Positions 10,149-19,108 of a stretch of 64,000 nt of DNA are shown piece by piece. The notes beneath the pieces are model-generated. The model saw nothing but the letters and a program-made list of their open reading frames with translations, had not been told where the DNA came from and made no database searches. Each line of letters starts with the position of its first letter. Position 1 is the first letter of the stretch. The DNA comes from Minisyncoccia bacterium. GTDB lineage: Bacteria > Patescibacteriota > Minisyncoccia > Phycocordibacterales > UBA9973. The DNA lies in NCBI GenBank assembly GCA_049317285.1, contig JBMOIO010000003.1, positions 25,003 through 89,002 of the forward strand, in the 5' to 3' direction. The position numbers were made by a program, and so were the translations under genes.

Positions 10149-10553
10149 ATGGAAAAAACTACTACAAAAAAGAAATACACTGAAGCTATCGGCCGCCGCA
10201 AGACTGCAACCGCTCGCGTTCGTTTGATGCTCGGCACTAAAGAGTCGTACACTATCAATGACAAAGACCTTGCAACGTATTTCCCAACAGAAGAATTGCA
10301 GAAGATTGTTACTGACCCTTTCAAGACAGTAGGAGTGTCATACGGCGTTTCAGTGCATGTGAAGGGAAGCGGTATCCACTCTCAGGCAGAAGCAGTGCGC
10401 CACGGTATCTCTCGCGCTCTCGTTAAAGAGAACGAAGAAGACAAGACCAAGCTCAAAACCGACGGCTTCCTCAAGCGCGATCCTCGCGCAAAAGAACGCC
10501 GCAAATTCGGTCTCAAAAAGGCCCGCAAAGCCGGTCAATGGAGTAAGCGTTAA
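10149..10553 (+). CDS. rpsI: 30S ribosomal protein S9
   Basis: GRRKTATARVRL...RDPRAKERRKFGLKKARKAGQWSKR is the canonical S9 C-terminus. Confidence 0.9.
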   Translation: MEKTTTKKKYTEAIGRRKTATARVRLMLGTKESYTINDKDLATYFPTEELQKIVTDPFKTVGVSYGVSVHVKGSGIHSQAEAVRHGISRALVKENEEDKTKLKTDGFLKRDPRAKERRKFGLKKARKAGQWSKR

Positions 10554-10560
10554 TCTCTCA

Positions 10561-10590
10561 AAAACACCCCTCAATTGGGGTGTTTTTGTT
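10561..10590 (+). terminator. rho-independent terminator after rpsI
   Basis: The stem aacacccc/ggggtgtt with loop tcaatt is followed by a T-run. Confidence 0.7.
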
Positions 10591-10604
10591 TATCTCCATT
10601 TCTA

Positions 10605-10633
10605 TTGACACACGCAATTTAATTTGTAGTATA
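10605..10633 (+). promoter_or_regulatory. sigma70-like promoter (TTGACA-16-TAGTAT)
   Basis: TTGACA lies at 10605-10610 and a -10-like TAGTAT at about 10627-10632. It sits upstream of the 10660 gene. Confidence 0.4.
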
Positions 10634-10659
10634 GAGACAAACCTTAAATTAGTAACACT

Positions 10660-10980
10660 ATGAAAAAAGCAATGTTTTTAATTATTCTTTTCGGTGTACT
10701 TGCCGGAAGTACGGTCTTTGCTCAGAAGAGCAATTCGATCGGAGTTATTCCATCACATGTCGTTTCAATCGAGCCAGTCAAGGGACACCTTAGTAAAAAG
10801 AGATTCAACAAGGTGCGACTTGCACATGGATTTAATTGTCCTTTCTACTCCTCCACAAAACCTATTGGTCGAGACTCCATTGCGTTTGTGTATGATAAAT
10901 ACCGGACCCAAGTTGTTGTCCCTAATTCATTCCGTAGGGGGAACCCTGCACAGTACCTGTATGTTGCTAAAGCTCGATAA
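10660..10980 (+). CDS. small secreted protein (signal peptide), hypothetical
   Basis: N-terminal MKKAMFLIILFGVLAGSTVFAQ signal peptide. It has its own promoter and terminator. The overlapping 300-aa ORF in another frame is an artefact that extends grpE. Confidence 0.5.
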   Translation: MKKAMFLIILFGVLAGSTVFAQKSNSIGVIPSHVVSIEPVKGHLSKKRFNKVRLAHGFNCPFYSSTKPIGRDSIAFVYDKYRTQVVVPNSFRRGNPAQYLYVAKAR

Positions 10981-11012
10981 AAAAAGCCTTCCTTTGCGGA
11001 AGGCTTTTTTAT
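10981..11012 (+). terminator. rho-independent terminator
   Basis: agccttcc/ggaaggct stem plus T6. Confidence 0.7.
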
Positions 11013-11041
11013 TTGCCAAAAATCAGTATAATCAGGCCTAT

Positions 11042-11596
11042 ATGGAAGAAGACGAAATCGTATTTGATGAAGACATAGTGGAAAGCAATGAAGATGGCAC
11101 CGAGCTCTCAGGCGCCGATCAGCTCAAGAAACTTCGCGCACAAATAAAGGTGTTGCAGAAAGAAAAGACTGAATATCTCGACGGCTGGCAGCGTGCGCGC
11201 GCGGACTATGCGAACGTCGTAAAGAGTGCGGACGAAGACAAGAAGCGCATGCGAAGTATTGTTGAAGAGTCGTTTATCGAAGAACTCTTGCCGGTAGTAG
11301 ACAGCTTTTCGCTCGCGATGAATAACAAGGACGCCTGGGAGAAGGTGGATGCCAATTGGCGCACCGGGGTAGAGTACATTTATGCGCAATTGATGAACAC
11401 GCTTAAAGAAAAAGGCTTTAGTGTATTCGGCGCAGTAGGGGACAGCTTTGACCCAACTTTGCACGAAGCGGTGTCAGAAACTAAAACGGACGACAGTGCG
11501 CTCGACCACAGTGTTTCTGCGGTATTACAGCAAGGCTACAAGCTTGGGGAATCCATCCTCCGTCCGGCGAGAGTTTCAGTGTACAAGGCGAAATAG
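11042..11596 (+). CDS. grpE: nucleotide exchange factor GrpE
   Basis: Coiled-coil N-terminus (LKKLRAQIKVLQKEKTEY). LDGWQRARADYANV and the C-terminal beta-domain are GrpE-like. The start is set at ATG 11042. Confidence 0.8.
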   Translation: MEEDEIVFDEDIVESNEDGTELSGADQLKKLRAQIKVLQKEKTEYLDGWQRARADYANVVKSADEDKKRMRSIVEESFIEELLPVVDSFSLAMNNKDAWEKVDANWRTGVEYIYAQLMNTLKEKGFSVFGAVGDSFDPTLHEAVSETKTDDSALDHSVSAVLQQGYKLGESILRPARVSVYKAK

Positions 11597-11600
11597 TCTA

Positions 11601-11629
11601 TTGACAAAATACTGATTTAAGTATATAAT
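11601..11629 (+). promoter_or_regulatory. perfect consensus sigma70 promoter TTGACA-17-TATAAT
   Basis: TTGACA at 11601-11606, a 17-nt spacer, TATAAT at 11624-11629. It lies 28 nt upstream of the 11657 ATG. Confidence 0.55.
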
Positions 11630-11656
11630 ATATTTAAATTAATTTAAATCAAAAAT

Positions 11657-11854
11657 ATGAGAACTTCAGTAATTTTCGGGTATGTATTTATACTATTGTT
11701 TGGAGTTGTACTCGTACAGGTTTTATTTTTTCCTGGCGACTCAACAAACGAGCAACAAACAAATGCCTTAGTCTTTGACGTCTTTTTTCTTTTAGTTGGA
11801 GTAGTATCTCTTATCTATGCAAAAAGAAAGTATGGAGCTGCAACTCTAAAATAA
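11657..11854 (+). CDS. small two-TM membrane protein, hypothetical
   Basis: 65 aa with two hydrophobic helices. It has its own consensus promoter and terminator. Confidence 0.5.
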   Translation: MRTSVIFGYVFILLFGVVLVQVLFFPGDSTNEQQTNALVFDVFFLLVGVVSLIYAKRKYGAATLK

Positions 11855-11870
11855 ACTGCGCTCATTGGTT

Positions 11871-11908
11871 CCTCACTTTATTTAATAAAGTGAGGTTCTT
11901 TTTATTTT
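11871..11908 (+). terminator. rho-independent terminator
   Basis: 10-bp stem cctcacttta/taaagtgagg, loop tttaa, then a T-run. Confidence 0.7.
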
Positions 11909-12441
11909 GCCAAAGCAATAAATTCTTTTTCTGTTTCCGCATCTATTGTGTCGGTCACAAATATCATCAGCTCCGTTGTGAGTGTGAGGTCTTTTTTAAT
12001 ATTCATAAACAAGTGCTCAAACGGGTGAGGGGAGATCCACACTGAATTTTTCAATAATATAAACCCGGCTTTTTTCAAAAGGTACCGCAAGCCTTCGCGC
12101 TCGGCTTTACGCTCTTCTGGTAGGTCGAGAAGAATGATGCGCCATTTGCCGTCCCAGGTCGGGTCAAAGAGCACTGTATCGCTCTCAAGCTTGAGACTGT
12201 GCGCTTTCTTCTTTCCTTCGCGCGTGAGGCGTGTGTAGGCTTGCTGGCCTGAATGGTGCGTTTCCACTAGTCCCGACTCTGTGAGGCCCTTTAATGAGCG
12301 TGTGAGGGCATACCGTTCGCTTCCGAGGGCTTCAATACTCTCCGTAAGCTCAGCCACAGAAACCGCAGGCTTGGCTTGGAGGAGGGCGAGGATTTGTTTA
12401 GAGAATGATTTTTTCTCTCTGGTACCCTTTGGTTTATTCAT
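11902..12441 (-). CDS. winged-helix transcriptional regulator with PaaX-like C-terminal domain
   Basis: N-terminal wHTH (SKQILALLQAKPAVSVAELTESIE). C-terminal WDGKWRIILLDLPEERKAEREGLRYLLKKAGF...SVWISP resembles PaaX_C. Divergent from dnaK. Confidence 0.5.
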   Translation of the reverse strand: MNKPKGTREKKSFSKQILALLQAKPAVSVAELTESIEALGSERYALTRSLKGLTESGLVETHHSGQQAYTRLTREGKKKAHSLKLESDTVLFDPTWDGKWRIILLDLPEERKAEREGLRYLLKKAGFILLKNSVWISPHPFEHLFMNIKKDLTLTTELMIFVTDTIDAETEKEFIALAK

Positions 12442-12582
12442 ATACTTGCACAATATCATAAATCATTTATACTATCAACAAGTATTTCGCGACCACGAAA
12501 AAACGGTAGAAACGGAAGAATTGCTTGAAATACACTTGGATTTACTTTTAATTAAAAAAATAACTTTTCACACACAATATTT

Positions 12583-14463
12583 ATGGCAAAAATCATCGGA
12601 ATTGACCTTGGAACTACAAACAGCGCTGTCGCTATCATCGAAGGCGGCCAGCCAAAAATCATTGAAAACATCGAAGGCGCGCGCACCACGCCTTCTATTG
12701 TCGCGCAAGCAAAAAACGGTGATCGACTCGTTGGCCTTTTGGCAAAGCGCCAGGCGGTGACCAACCCGCAAAATACGGTGTATGGTATCAAGCGATTGAT
12801 GGGGCACAAATTCTCTGATGCTGGTATCGATAAAGTTATTTCTCACATGCCGTTTCCTGTGGGTGCAGGCGCCGATGGCGGAGCGGAGGTAACGCTCGAC
12901 GGAAAGAAATATCGCCCGGAAGAAATCTCCGCGATGATTCTGCAGAAAATCAAAACAGATGTTGAAGCAAAGCTCGGTGAGAAAATCACTGAAGCGATCA
13001 TCACTGTGCCCGCGTATTTCAATGACGCACAGCGCAAAGCAACAAAAGATGCCGGCGCAATTGCAGGCCTCGATGTGAAGCGCATCATCAACGAGCCGAC
13101 CGCAGCCGCACTTGCCTATGGCTTTGATACAAAGAAAGATGAAAAGGTAGTGGTGTACGACTTTGGAGGCGGAACCTTTGACGTGTCTGTGCTTGAAATC
13201 GGAAACGATGTTATTGAAGTGAAATCAACCGATGGCGACTCTATGATGGGAGGCCGTGATATTGACCGCACCATTGTTGAATGGATTGCTGCTGAATTTA
13301 AAAAAGAGTCTGGTGTAGATGTGACAAAAGACCCGCTCGCGCTTCAGCGCCTCGACGAAGCTGCTGAAAAAGCAAAAATCGAGCTTTCTACCACTCCTGA
13401 AACCGAGATCAACATTCCGTTCATCACTTCAACCGATGCGGGGCCTCAGCACCTTCTGTTGAAGATGTCTCGTGCACAGCTTGAAAACCTCGCGGACGAA
13501 TTTGTGTCCCGCTCTATCGAAATCACCAAGCGCGCAATCGATGCGTCTCCGTTTAAGATTGGGGAGATTAATGAAATCATTTTGGTGGGAGGACAGACTC
13601 GCATGCCGAAAATCGTTGAAGAGGTAAAGAAACTCTTTGGCAAAGAGCCAAACCGCACTATCAACCCGGACGAAGTGGTGGCGCTTGGTGCTGCAGTGCA
13701 AGGTGGAGTGCTTCAGGGAGATGTCCGCGATGTCTTGTTGCTCGATGTTATCCCGCTTTCTCTCGGTATTGAAACCCTCGGCGGTGTGGCAACAAAGCTT
13801 GTAGAGCGAAATACTACTATTCCGTCATCTAAAAGCCAGGTGTTTTCAACGGCTGCCGACAATCAGACATCGGTTGAAATCCATATCACTCAAGGAGAGC
13901 GCCCTATGGCCTCAGACAACAAGAGTTTGGGTCGGTTTATCCTCGATGGCATTCCACCAGCACCGCGCGGTATACCACAGGTTGAAGTGACCTTCGATGT
14001 AGATGCAAACGGTATTCTTAATGTGAAGGCAAAAGACAAAGCTTCCGGCAAGGAGCAGTCTATCCGTATTGAAGCATCAAGCGGTCTCACTCCTGAAGAT
14101 ATCGAGCGCATGAAAAACGACGCTGAGCTTCATGCAAAGGAAGACGAAGAAAAGAAGGCACTCGTGGACACAAAAAATACCGCTGACATGACAGTGTTTG
14201 CTGCAGAGAAAGCGCTCACTGACCATGCAGAGCATGTGACTGAAGACATTAAGACTTCAGTACAAGGAGCGATTGATGCCGTGAAGAAAGCAAAAGAGGG
14301 AAGCGACAAGTCTGCGATTGAGGCAGCTACCCACACCCTTTCAACTGAGATGTCTAAGATTGGCGAAGCGGTTTCCAAGGCACAGCCACAAGAATCTCCG
14401 GCCGAAGGCGAAGCAAAGGATGCTGAAGCGACAGACACGACAGCAGAAGAAAAAGCTGAATAA
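12583..14463 (+). CDS. dnaK: molecular chaperone DnaK (Hsp70)
   Basis: [18 protein letters not shown], and full-length Hsp70 architecture with an acidic C-terminus. Confidence 0.95.
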   Translation: MAKIIGIDLGTTNSAVAIIEGGQPKIIENIEGARTTPSIVAQAKNGDRLVGLLAKRQAVTNPQNTVYGIKRLMGHKFSDAGIDKVISHMPFPVGAGADGGAEVTLDGKKYRPEEISAMILQKIKTDVEAKLGEKITEAIITVPAYFNDAQRKATKDAGAIAGLDVKRIINEPTAAALAYGFDTKKDEKVVVYDFGGGTFDVSVLEIGNDVIEVKSTDGDSMMGGRDIDRTIVEWIAAEFKKESGVDVTKDPLALQRLDEAAEKAKIELSTTPETEINIPFITSTDAGPQHLLLKMSRAQLENLADEFVSRSIEITKRAIDASPFKIGEINEIILVGGQTRMPKIVEEVKKLFGKEPNRTINPDEVVALGAAVQGGVLQGDVRDVLLLDVIPLSLGIETLGGVATKLVERNTTIPSSKSQVFSTAADNQTSVEIHITQGERPMASDNKSLGRFILDGIPPAPRGIPQVEVTFDVDANGILNVKAKDKASGKEQSIRIEASSGLTPEDIERMKNDAELHAKEDEEKKALVDTKNTADMTVFAAEKALTDHAEHVTEDIKTSVQGAIDAVKKAKEGSDKSAIEAATHTLSTEMSKIGEAVSKAQPQESPAEGEAKDAEATDTTAEEKAE

Positions 14464-14486
14464 TCTTTACCTAAATAGATAAAGGA

Positions 14487-14518
14487 TAAAAACATCTGAG
14501 AAATCAGGTGTTTTTATA
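14487..14518 (+). terminator. rho-independent terminator after dnaK
   Basis: acatctga/tcaggtgt stem (one G-U pair) then a T-run. Confidence 0.55.
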
Positions 14519-14523
14519 TTATA

Positions 14524-14551
14524 TTGACATTATATTAATAAATGATATGAT
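14524..14551 (+). promoter_or_regulatory. sigma70-like promoter TTGACA-16-TATGAT
   Basis: TTGACA at 14524-14529 and TATGAT at 14546-14551. It drives the AT-rich ORF. Confidence 0.4.
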
Positions 14552-14570
14552 GATAAAAAATAATAGAATT

Positions 14571-15005
14571 ATGAAAGAAGATATTAAAGAAATGCCATTA
14601 GGAAAATTTAGTGGTCTAAAAATTTCTTGCCGTCCCTATGGTTTTTTCAGATTTATTACAGGCAAAGAACAGTATTTTCGCATAGCTAAAGATGATGTTT
14701 TAGTTAAAGAAGTATTATCACTAACAGCTAAGGAGGTTATTGAAAAATTTAGTGAAAGAGGAGCCATAGGACTCGATGGAGATAGATCGGCTGCTGTTTC
14801 AAAAGCATTAAAACATGTACGGGATAAGCTCGTTATGATTGGATTCTCTCCAGAAGAAGCACCTTTTATTAAGGGCTTGTACCATACAACCAATTGCTCT
14901 TCTAAAGAAGAATGGAAACAACGCTGGGTAAATGAATATGGACTTGGAGAGGAAGAAGCTACAAGCCTCACTACTCTTCTTGAAAAAGTTCATCATGATG
15001 TTTAA
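14571..15005 (+). CDS. hypothetical protein encoded in an AT-rich insert between dnaK and dnaJ
   Basis: ORF with its own promoter. GC content is visibly lower than the flanks. No recognisable motif. The start is chosen at ATG 14571 (MKEDIKEM...). Confidence 0.45.
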   Translation: MKEDIKEMPLGKFSGLKISCRPYGFFRFITGKEQYFRIAKDDVLVKEVLSLTAKEVIEKFSERGAIGLDGDRSAAVSKALKHVRDKLVMIGFSPEEAPFIKGLYHTTNCSSKEEWKQRWVNEYGLGEEEATSLTTLLEKVHHDV

Positions 15006-15077
15006 GTAATCTAGCATCAAATTAAAAGCTCTAATGGGGCTTTTTTTATTTCCAATTTGTGCTATAGTGTTCTGACT

Positions 15078-15155
15078 ATGAACAAGAAACGCAAAATCGC
15101 AGCAAAGAAAAAGCGAAAGGCAGAAGGGAAGACAGTGTCTCTCCGCCACCGCTAG
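15078..15155 (+). CDS. tiny basic peptide (25 aa), speculative
   Basis: MNKKRKIAAKKKRKAEGKTVSLRHR. A strong terminator follows immediately. No homology recognised. Confidence 0.2.
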   Translation: MNKKRKIAAKKKRKAEGKTVSLRHR

Positions 15156-15163
15156 CTACTCGA

Positions 15164-15190
15164 AAATGCCCCTAATCGGGGCATTTTCTT
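15164..15190 (+). terminator. rho-independent terminator
   Basis: Perfect 9-bp stem aaatgcccc/ggggcattt, loop taatc, then T-rich. Confidence 0.75.
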
Positions 15191-15219
15191 ATGGGTATTT
15201 TGTGGTATAATGCGCTTCT

Positions 15220-16281
15220 ATGGCAGACTATTACGATACATTGGGTGTAAAAAAGGGTGCCTCAAAAGATGAAATCAAAAAGGCATTTCATAAGCTCGCG
15301 CACCAGTATCATCCCGATAAAAATAAAGGAGACGACAAGAAGTTTAAAGAGGTAAACGAAGCGTATCAAACCCTCTCCGACGATACGAAGCGCGCGCAGT
15401 ACGACCAGTTTGGTTCTGCCGGCCCTAACATGGGCGGTGGAGGCTTTGGGGGATTTGACCCGAGTGGTTTTGACTTCTCGCAAGGAGGGCAAGGCTTTGG
15501 TTTTGATATGGGAGATATTTTTGGAGAAATGTTTGGCGGAGGACGCTCAAGCCGTGCTCGACGAGGAAATGATTTGCAGACAAATATTTCAATCGATTTC
15601 AAGGAATCAATCTTTGGTGTAGAGAAAGAAATCCGCGTGACCAAGCCCTCTACTTGTACTACTTGTAAGGGCGATGGCGCACAGCCAGGAAGCAAGCTTG
15701 AGACCTGTTCAAAGTGCGACGGCAAAGGATCAATCCGCACCGTACAGCGCACAATTTTGGGTTCTATCACAACAAACCAAACCTGTAACAAGTGTTTTGG
15801 GAAAGGAAAGATTCCAAAAGATCCGTGCAAGACCTGTAAGGGCGACGGCGTGGTGACCGAAGCGCGCACTATTAAAATAAATGTGCCAAGCGGTATTCAA
15901 AACGGCGAGACATTGCGCCTTTCCGGTATGGGCGAAGCGATTTCTGGTGGGCAGTCAGGCGATCTCTATGTGCATGTATCAGTTTCCCCGCACAAAACAA
16001 TTTCCCGCCAAGGAAGTGATTTGATCGCGTCTCACAGCATCAAGCTCACGGATGCACTTTTGGGCACGGAGCACTCAATCGAAACACTTGATGGGAAGAT
16101 TGATTTCACCATTCCGAGCGGAACAAAGGTGGGCGATACAGTAGTACTCAAAAACCATGGCGTACCTGTGAATTCGAGCAAGCGCGGAAACCTTATCATC
16201 AAGCTCAACATCACCCTTCCCGAGAAGCTTTCAAAAAAAGCAAAGGAAATTATTGAAGACCTTAAAAAGGAAGGATTATAA
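15220..16281 (+). CDS. dnaJ: molecular chaperone DnaJ
   Basis: J-domain (YYDTLGV...HPDKN). G/F-rich linker. Four CxxCxGxG zinc-finger repeats. A TGgTATAAT -10 lies 7 nt before the ATG, so the mRNA is possibly leaderless. Confidence 0.9.
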   Translation: MADYYDTLGVKKGASKDEIKKAFHKLAHQYHPDKNKGDDKKFKEVNEAYQTLSDDTKRAQYDQFGSAGPNMGGGGFGGFDPSGFDFSQGGQGFGFDMGDIFGEMFGGGRSSRARRGNDLQTNISIDFKESIFGVEKEIRVTKPSTCTTCKGDGAQPGSKLETCSKCDGKGSIRTVQRTILGSITTNQTCNKCFGKGKIPKDPCKTCKGDGVVTEARTIKINVPSGIQNGETLRLSGMGEAISGGQSGDLYVHVSVSPHKTISRQGSDLIASHSIKLTDALLGTEHSIETLDGKIDFTIPSGTKVGDTVVLKNHGVPVNSSKRGNLIIKLNITLPEKLSKKAKEIIEDLKKEGL

Positions 16282-16289
16282 AACTTCAT

Positions 16290-16382
16290 AAAAAGCACAT
16301 TTTAGAGCACACATAATTTCTGGTGAAAATTTGTTCCAACTCGGCTCAGACAGCCTCCGTTAGTCTCTAAAATGTGCTTTTT
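16290..16382 (+). repeat. long hairpin (18-bp perfect stem, 57-nt loop) carrying a repeat core shared with 24175-24230
   Basis: aaaaagcacattttagag (16290-16307) pairs with ctctaaaatgtgcttttt (16365-16382). The loop contains tccaactcggctcagacagcct, which is identical to the reverse complement of 24184-24205. Confidence 0.6.
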
Positions 16383-16412
16383 ATTGCGTTTCTTGTATAA
16401 TTCGTTGTACAT

Positions 16413-17879
16413 ATGGCATCCATTGAAGAACTCCGAGCAGACCGACTGAAAAAGAAAGCACTACTCGAATCTAAAGGAATTAATCCGTACCCGGCTGAGA
16501 CTAATCGCTCGCACGATATTGCGCTCTTTATTGACCGATTCGGCCTCTATGAAGGAGGTAAAGACGTCATCACGCTTGCAGGCCGCATTATGTCGAAGCG
16601 CGGGCAAGGAGGTATCACCTTCTGCGACCTCTATGACGGCACCGGCCGCATTCAGGCATTTTTTAAGAAAGACGAAATGGAAGAAAGCGTCTTTGATCTT
16701 TTTAATGACACGGTGGATATCGGGGACTTTGTCACTGTCACCGGCACGGCGTATACAACACAGCGCGGTGCACAGAGCTTGTTTGTGACAGAATGGAACA
16801 TGCTTTCAAAGAGCCTCCTTCCTATTCCTGACGAATGGTATGGCATCAAGGACGAGGACGAGCGATTCCGAAAGCGATACCTCGATATTCTCATGAATGA
16901 AGAGGTGCGCGATATCGTGTACAAGCGTTCAATATTCTGGAATACGATTCGCCAATTCCTTTTAGAGAAATCATTTGTCGAAGTGGAAACGCCAGTGCTT
17001 GAAAACACCACCGGTGGAGCTGATGCGCGCCCCTTTGTCACACACCACAATGCACTCGACATTGATGTCTTTCTTCGCATTTCAGCGGGCGAGTTGTGGC
17101 AAAAGAAACTGCTTGTTGCCGGCATCCCTCGCACATTCGAAATCGGGCGCATCTTCCGCAACGAAGGAATTTCAAACGAGCACCTCCAAGACTACACACA
17201 GCTTGAGTACTACATGGCATATGCCGACTATATCCAAGGGATGGAGCTTACAAAAGAGCTCTACCGACTGATTGCAGAGAAAACATTTGGGAAAACAGTA
17301 TTCACTATTCGCGGATACGAAGTGGATTTTAATAAAGAATGGGAAGTCTATGATTTTGTAAAAGTACTGCAAGACAATTACGGTATCAACGCGCTTGATA
17401 CTACACTTGATAGAGTTGAAGCAGAGCTCAAGAAAAATGATATTGCATTTGATAAGGGCACGCTTAATATTGAGCGGGGAATAGACTTGTTGTGGAAGAA
17501 AGTGCGCAAAGGTCTCGCTGGTCCAGGATTTTTGATCAATGTCCCTGTGTATCTTGAACCGCTTGCAAAGCGCAGTCGCACCAACCCGCAAACAGTAGAG
17601 CGCTTTCAAGTAATTTTGGCGGGAAGTGAAATGGGGAAGGGATTCAGCGAACTCAATGATCCTGTTGACCAGCGCGGGCGATTTGAACACCAGCAGGCGC
17701 TCCGTGACGGAGGAGACGACGAGGCACAGATGGCCGACATGGAATTTGTCGAGGCGCTTGAGCACGGCATGCCGCCTGCATTTGGCTTTGGGCTATCAGA
17801 GCGACTCTTCTCATTTTTGATGGACAAGCCCGTGCGCGAAGCGCAGATTTTCCCACTTCTGAAACCGCGTTCAGAATAA
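16413..17879 (+). CDS. lysS: lysyl-tRNA synthetase (class II)
   Basis: N-terminal OB anticodon-binding domain. Class II motifs FRNEGIS and GLSERL... characteristic of LysRS. Confidence 0.9.
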   Translation: MASIEELRADRLKKKALLESKGINPYPAETNRSHDIALFIDRFGLYEGGKDVITLAGRIMSKRGQGGITFCDLYDGTGRIQAFFKKDEMEESVFDLFNDTVDIGDFVTVTGTAYTTQRGAQSLFVTEWNMLSKSLLPIPDEWYGIKDEDERFRKRYLDILMNEEVRDIVYKRSIFWNTIRQFLLEKSFVEVETPVLENTTGGADARPFVTHHNALDIDVFLRISAGELWQKKLLVAGIPRTFEIGRIFRNEGISNEHLQDYTQLEYYMAYADYIQGMELTKELYRLIAEKTFGKTVFTIRGYEVDFNKEWEVYDFVKVLQDNYGINALDTTLDRVEAELKKNDIAFDKGTLNIERGIDLLWKKVRKGLAGPGFLINVPVYLEPLAKRSRTNPQTVERFQVILAGSEMGKGFSELNDPVDQRGRFEHQQALRDGGDDEAQMADMEFVEALEHGMPPAFGFGLSERLFSFLMDKPVREAQIFPLLKPRSE

Positions 17880-17916
17880 GTATTCATCAAGGATAGTATT
17901 TGTTATACTTCTCGCT

Positions 17917-18309
17917 ATGGAAACAATAAATTTCGGAGAACACATGATGCTTGATTGCTATGATGCGGATCCGGTCTTGCTGGGATCAAAAGATCATGTA
18001 CTTCGTGTATTGAATGAACTTCCTGAAAAACTTGGCATGCACAAACTCTCAGAACCGGAAGTGTACTTTGCAGAAGACAACGGACAGAAAGATCCGGGCG
18101 GTTGGAGTGGGTTTGTTGTCATTCTCGAAAGCCATATCAGCATACACACATTTGTCGGGCGCCACTTTCTCAGCGCCGACGTGTATACTTGTGTAAACGG
18201 AATGGATAGAGAATTTATCACTGCTTATTTCAAGGATGCCTTTAGAGCAGGGGAGATTGAGGTTAATTTTGTGAAGCGAGGCAAAAAGTATCCCGTAGCT
18301 AATTATTAA
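17917..18309 (+). CDS. speH: S-adenosylmethionine decarboxylase proenzyme (SpeH type)
   Basis: GEHMMLDCYDAD and the self-cleavage motif LESHISIHTF (ES|H pyruvoyl site). Size about 130 aa. Confidence 0.75.
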   Translation: METINFGEHMMLDCYDADPVLLGSKDHVLRVLNELPEKLGMHKLSEPEVYFAEDNGQKDPGGWSGFVVILESHISIHTFVGRHFLSADVYTCVNGMDREFITAYFKDAFRAGEIEVNFVKRGKKYPVANY

Positions 18310-18311
18310 AT

Positions 18312-18449
18312 ATGTCTGAAAAAAATAAAAATATCATATTTTTCATCACCACCGCACTTCTTGTGGCAACTTCACTGTACTTCACCTACAAAAGAGTGTT
18401 TATCGATCAGAATTTCGATATTATAGAGGAAGAGAAAGGAGACTACTAA
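18312..18449 (+). CDS. small single-TM protein (45 aa), speculative
   Basis: ORF found by manual translation 2 nt after the speH stop. MSEKNKNIIFFITTALLVATSLYFTYKRVF... Confidence 0.3.
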   Translation: MSEKNKNIIFFITTALLVATSLYFTYKRVFIDQNFDIIEEEKGDY

Positions 18450-18505
18450 ACAAAGGCTTTTTAGTCTATTGCTTTTTTATATATTCTATGTTATAATATT
18501 TACAA

Positions 18506-19075
18506 ATGGACAGCGCGCTTTGGAATGCTGCTGTCCAAGGGGCACGCACATTCAAAAAATATTGGAACCATATTGGAAGATATGGACTTTATACAATCTT
18601 TAGCAACGCTATAGATTATGGACTGTATTCAGTATTTTATTTAACATACGGACTGATAGCAGTACCATATATAGTTACTGCGACACTTCTCATTGATATT
18701 ATCACTGCATATATTTATTTATATAAAGGGATTGATTTTTTGGGAATAAACTCTCTTGCGTCAACTATTGAGGTCGCAATGGCAAATGAAAAACCGTCGA
18801 GATGGTGGGTAATCCGTGTATGGCAAACGCTCTATTGCTTTGCCTTAAGGGTAAGAAGTTCATGGTGGAGCGTTATTCTCCTGAGCGTTGAGTTCAATCC
18901 TTTTATGGTGATGATCATCGCGAAGCAGCAAAAGATAACTGAGAATAGTATGACGCTTCGGGACAAAACAGTATTTGCAGTGAGTTTCGTTGTGGGTAAT
19001 GTCTGGTGGGCAATAGTGATGATTGGATTTTGGGAGTGTGTAAAAAATATTGCACAATGGATAGGGCTTGTTTAA
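18506..19075 (+). CDS. integral membrane protein, hypothetical
   Basis: Multiple hydrophobic segments, aromatic-rich, no motif. Confidence 0.5.
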   Translation: MDSALWNAAVQGARTFKKYWNHIGRYGLYTIFSNAIDYGLYSVFYLTYGLIAVPYIVTATLLIDIITAYIYLYKGIDFLGINSLASTIEVAMANEKPSRWWVIRVWQTLYCFALRVRSSWWSVILLSVEFNPFMVMIIAKQQKITENSMTLRDKTVFAVSFVVGNVWWAIVMIGFWECVKNIAQWIGLV

Positions 19076-19108
19076 GCCCTATTTTTATTTTACAATTGAA
19101 GCACTTTT

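Noticed and set aside
10694-11041. N-terminal 116 aa of the 300-aa ORF that runs into grpE
   Set aside because: This upstream part overlaps, in another frame, the signal-peptide gene 10660-10980 and its terminator. GrpE homology begins only at the internal ATG at 11042, which has its own -10 box.
12442-12582. CIRCE heat-shock operator upstream of dnaK
   Set aside because: No TTAGCACTC-N9-GAGTGCTAA-like inverted repeat was found by eye in this or the grpE and dnaJ upstream regions. Only a weak promoter-like TTGAAA...TTAATT is present.
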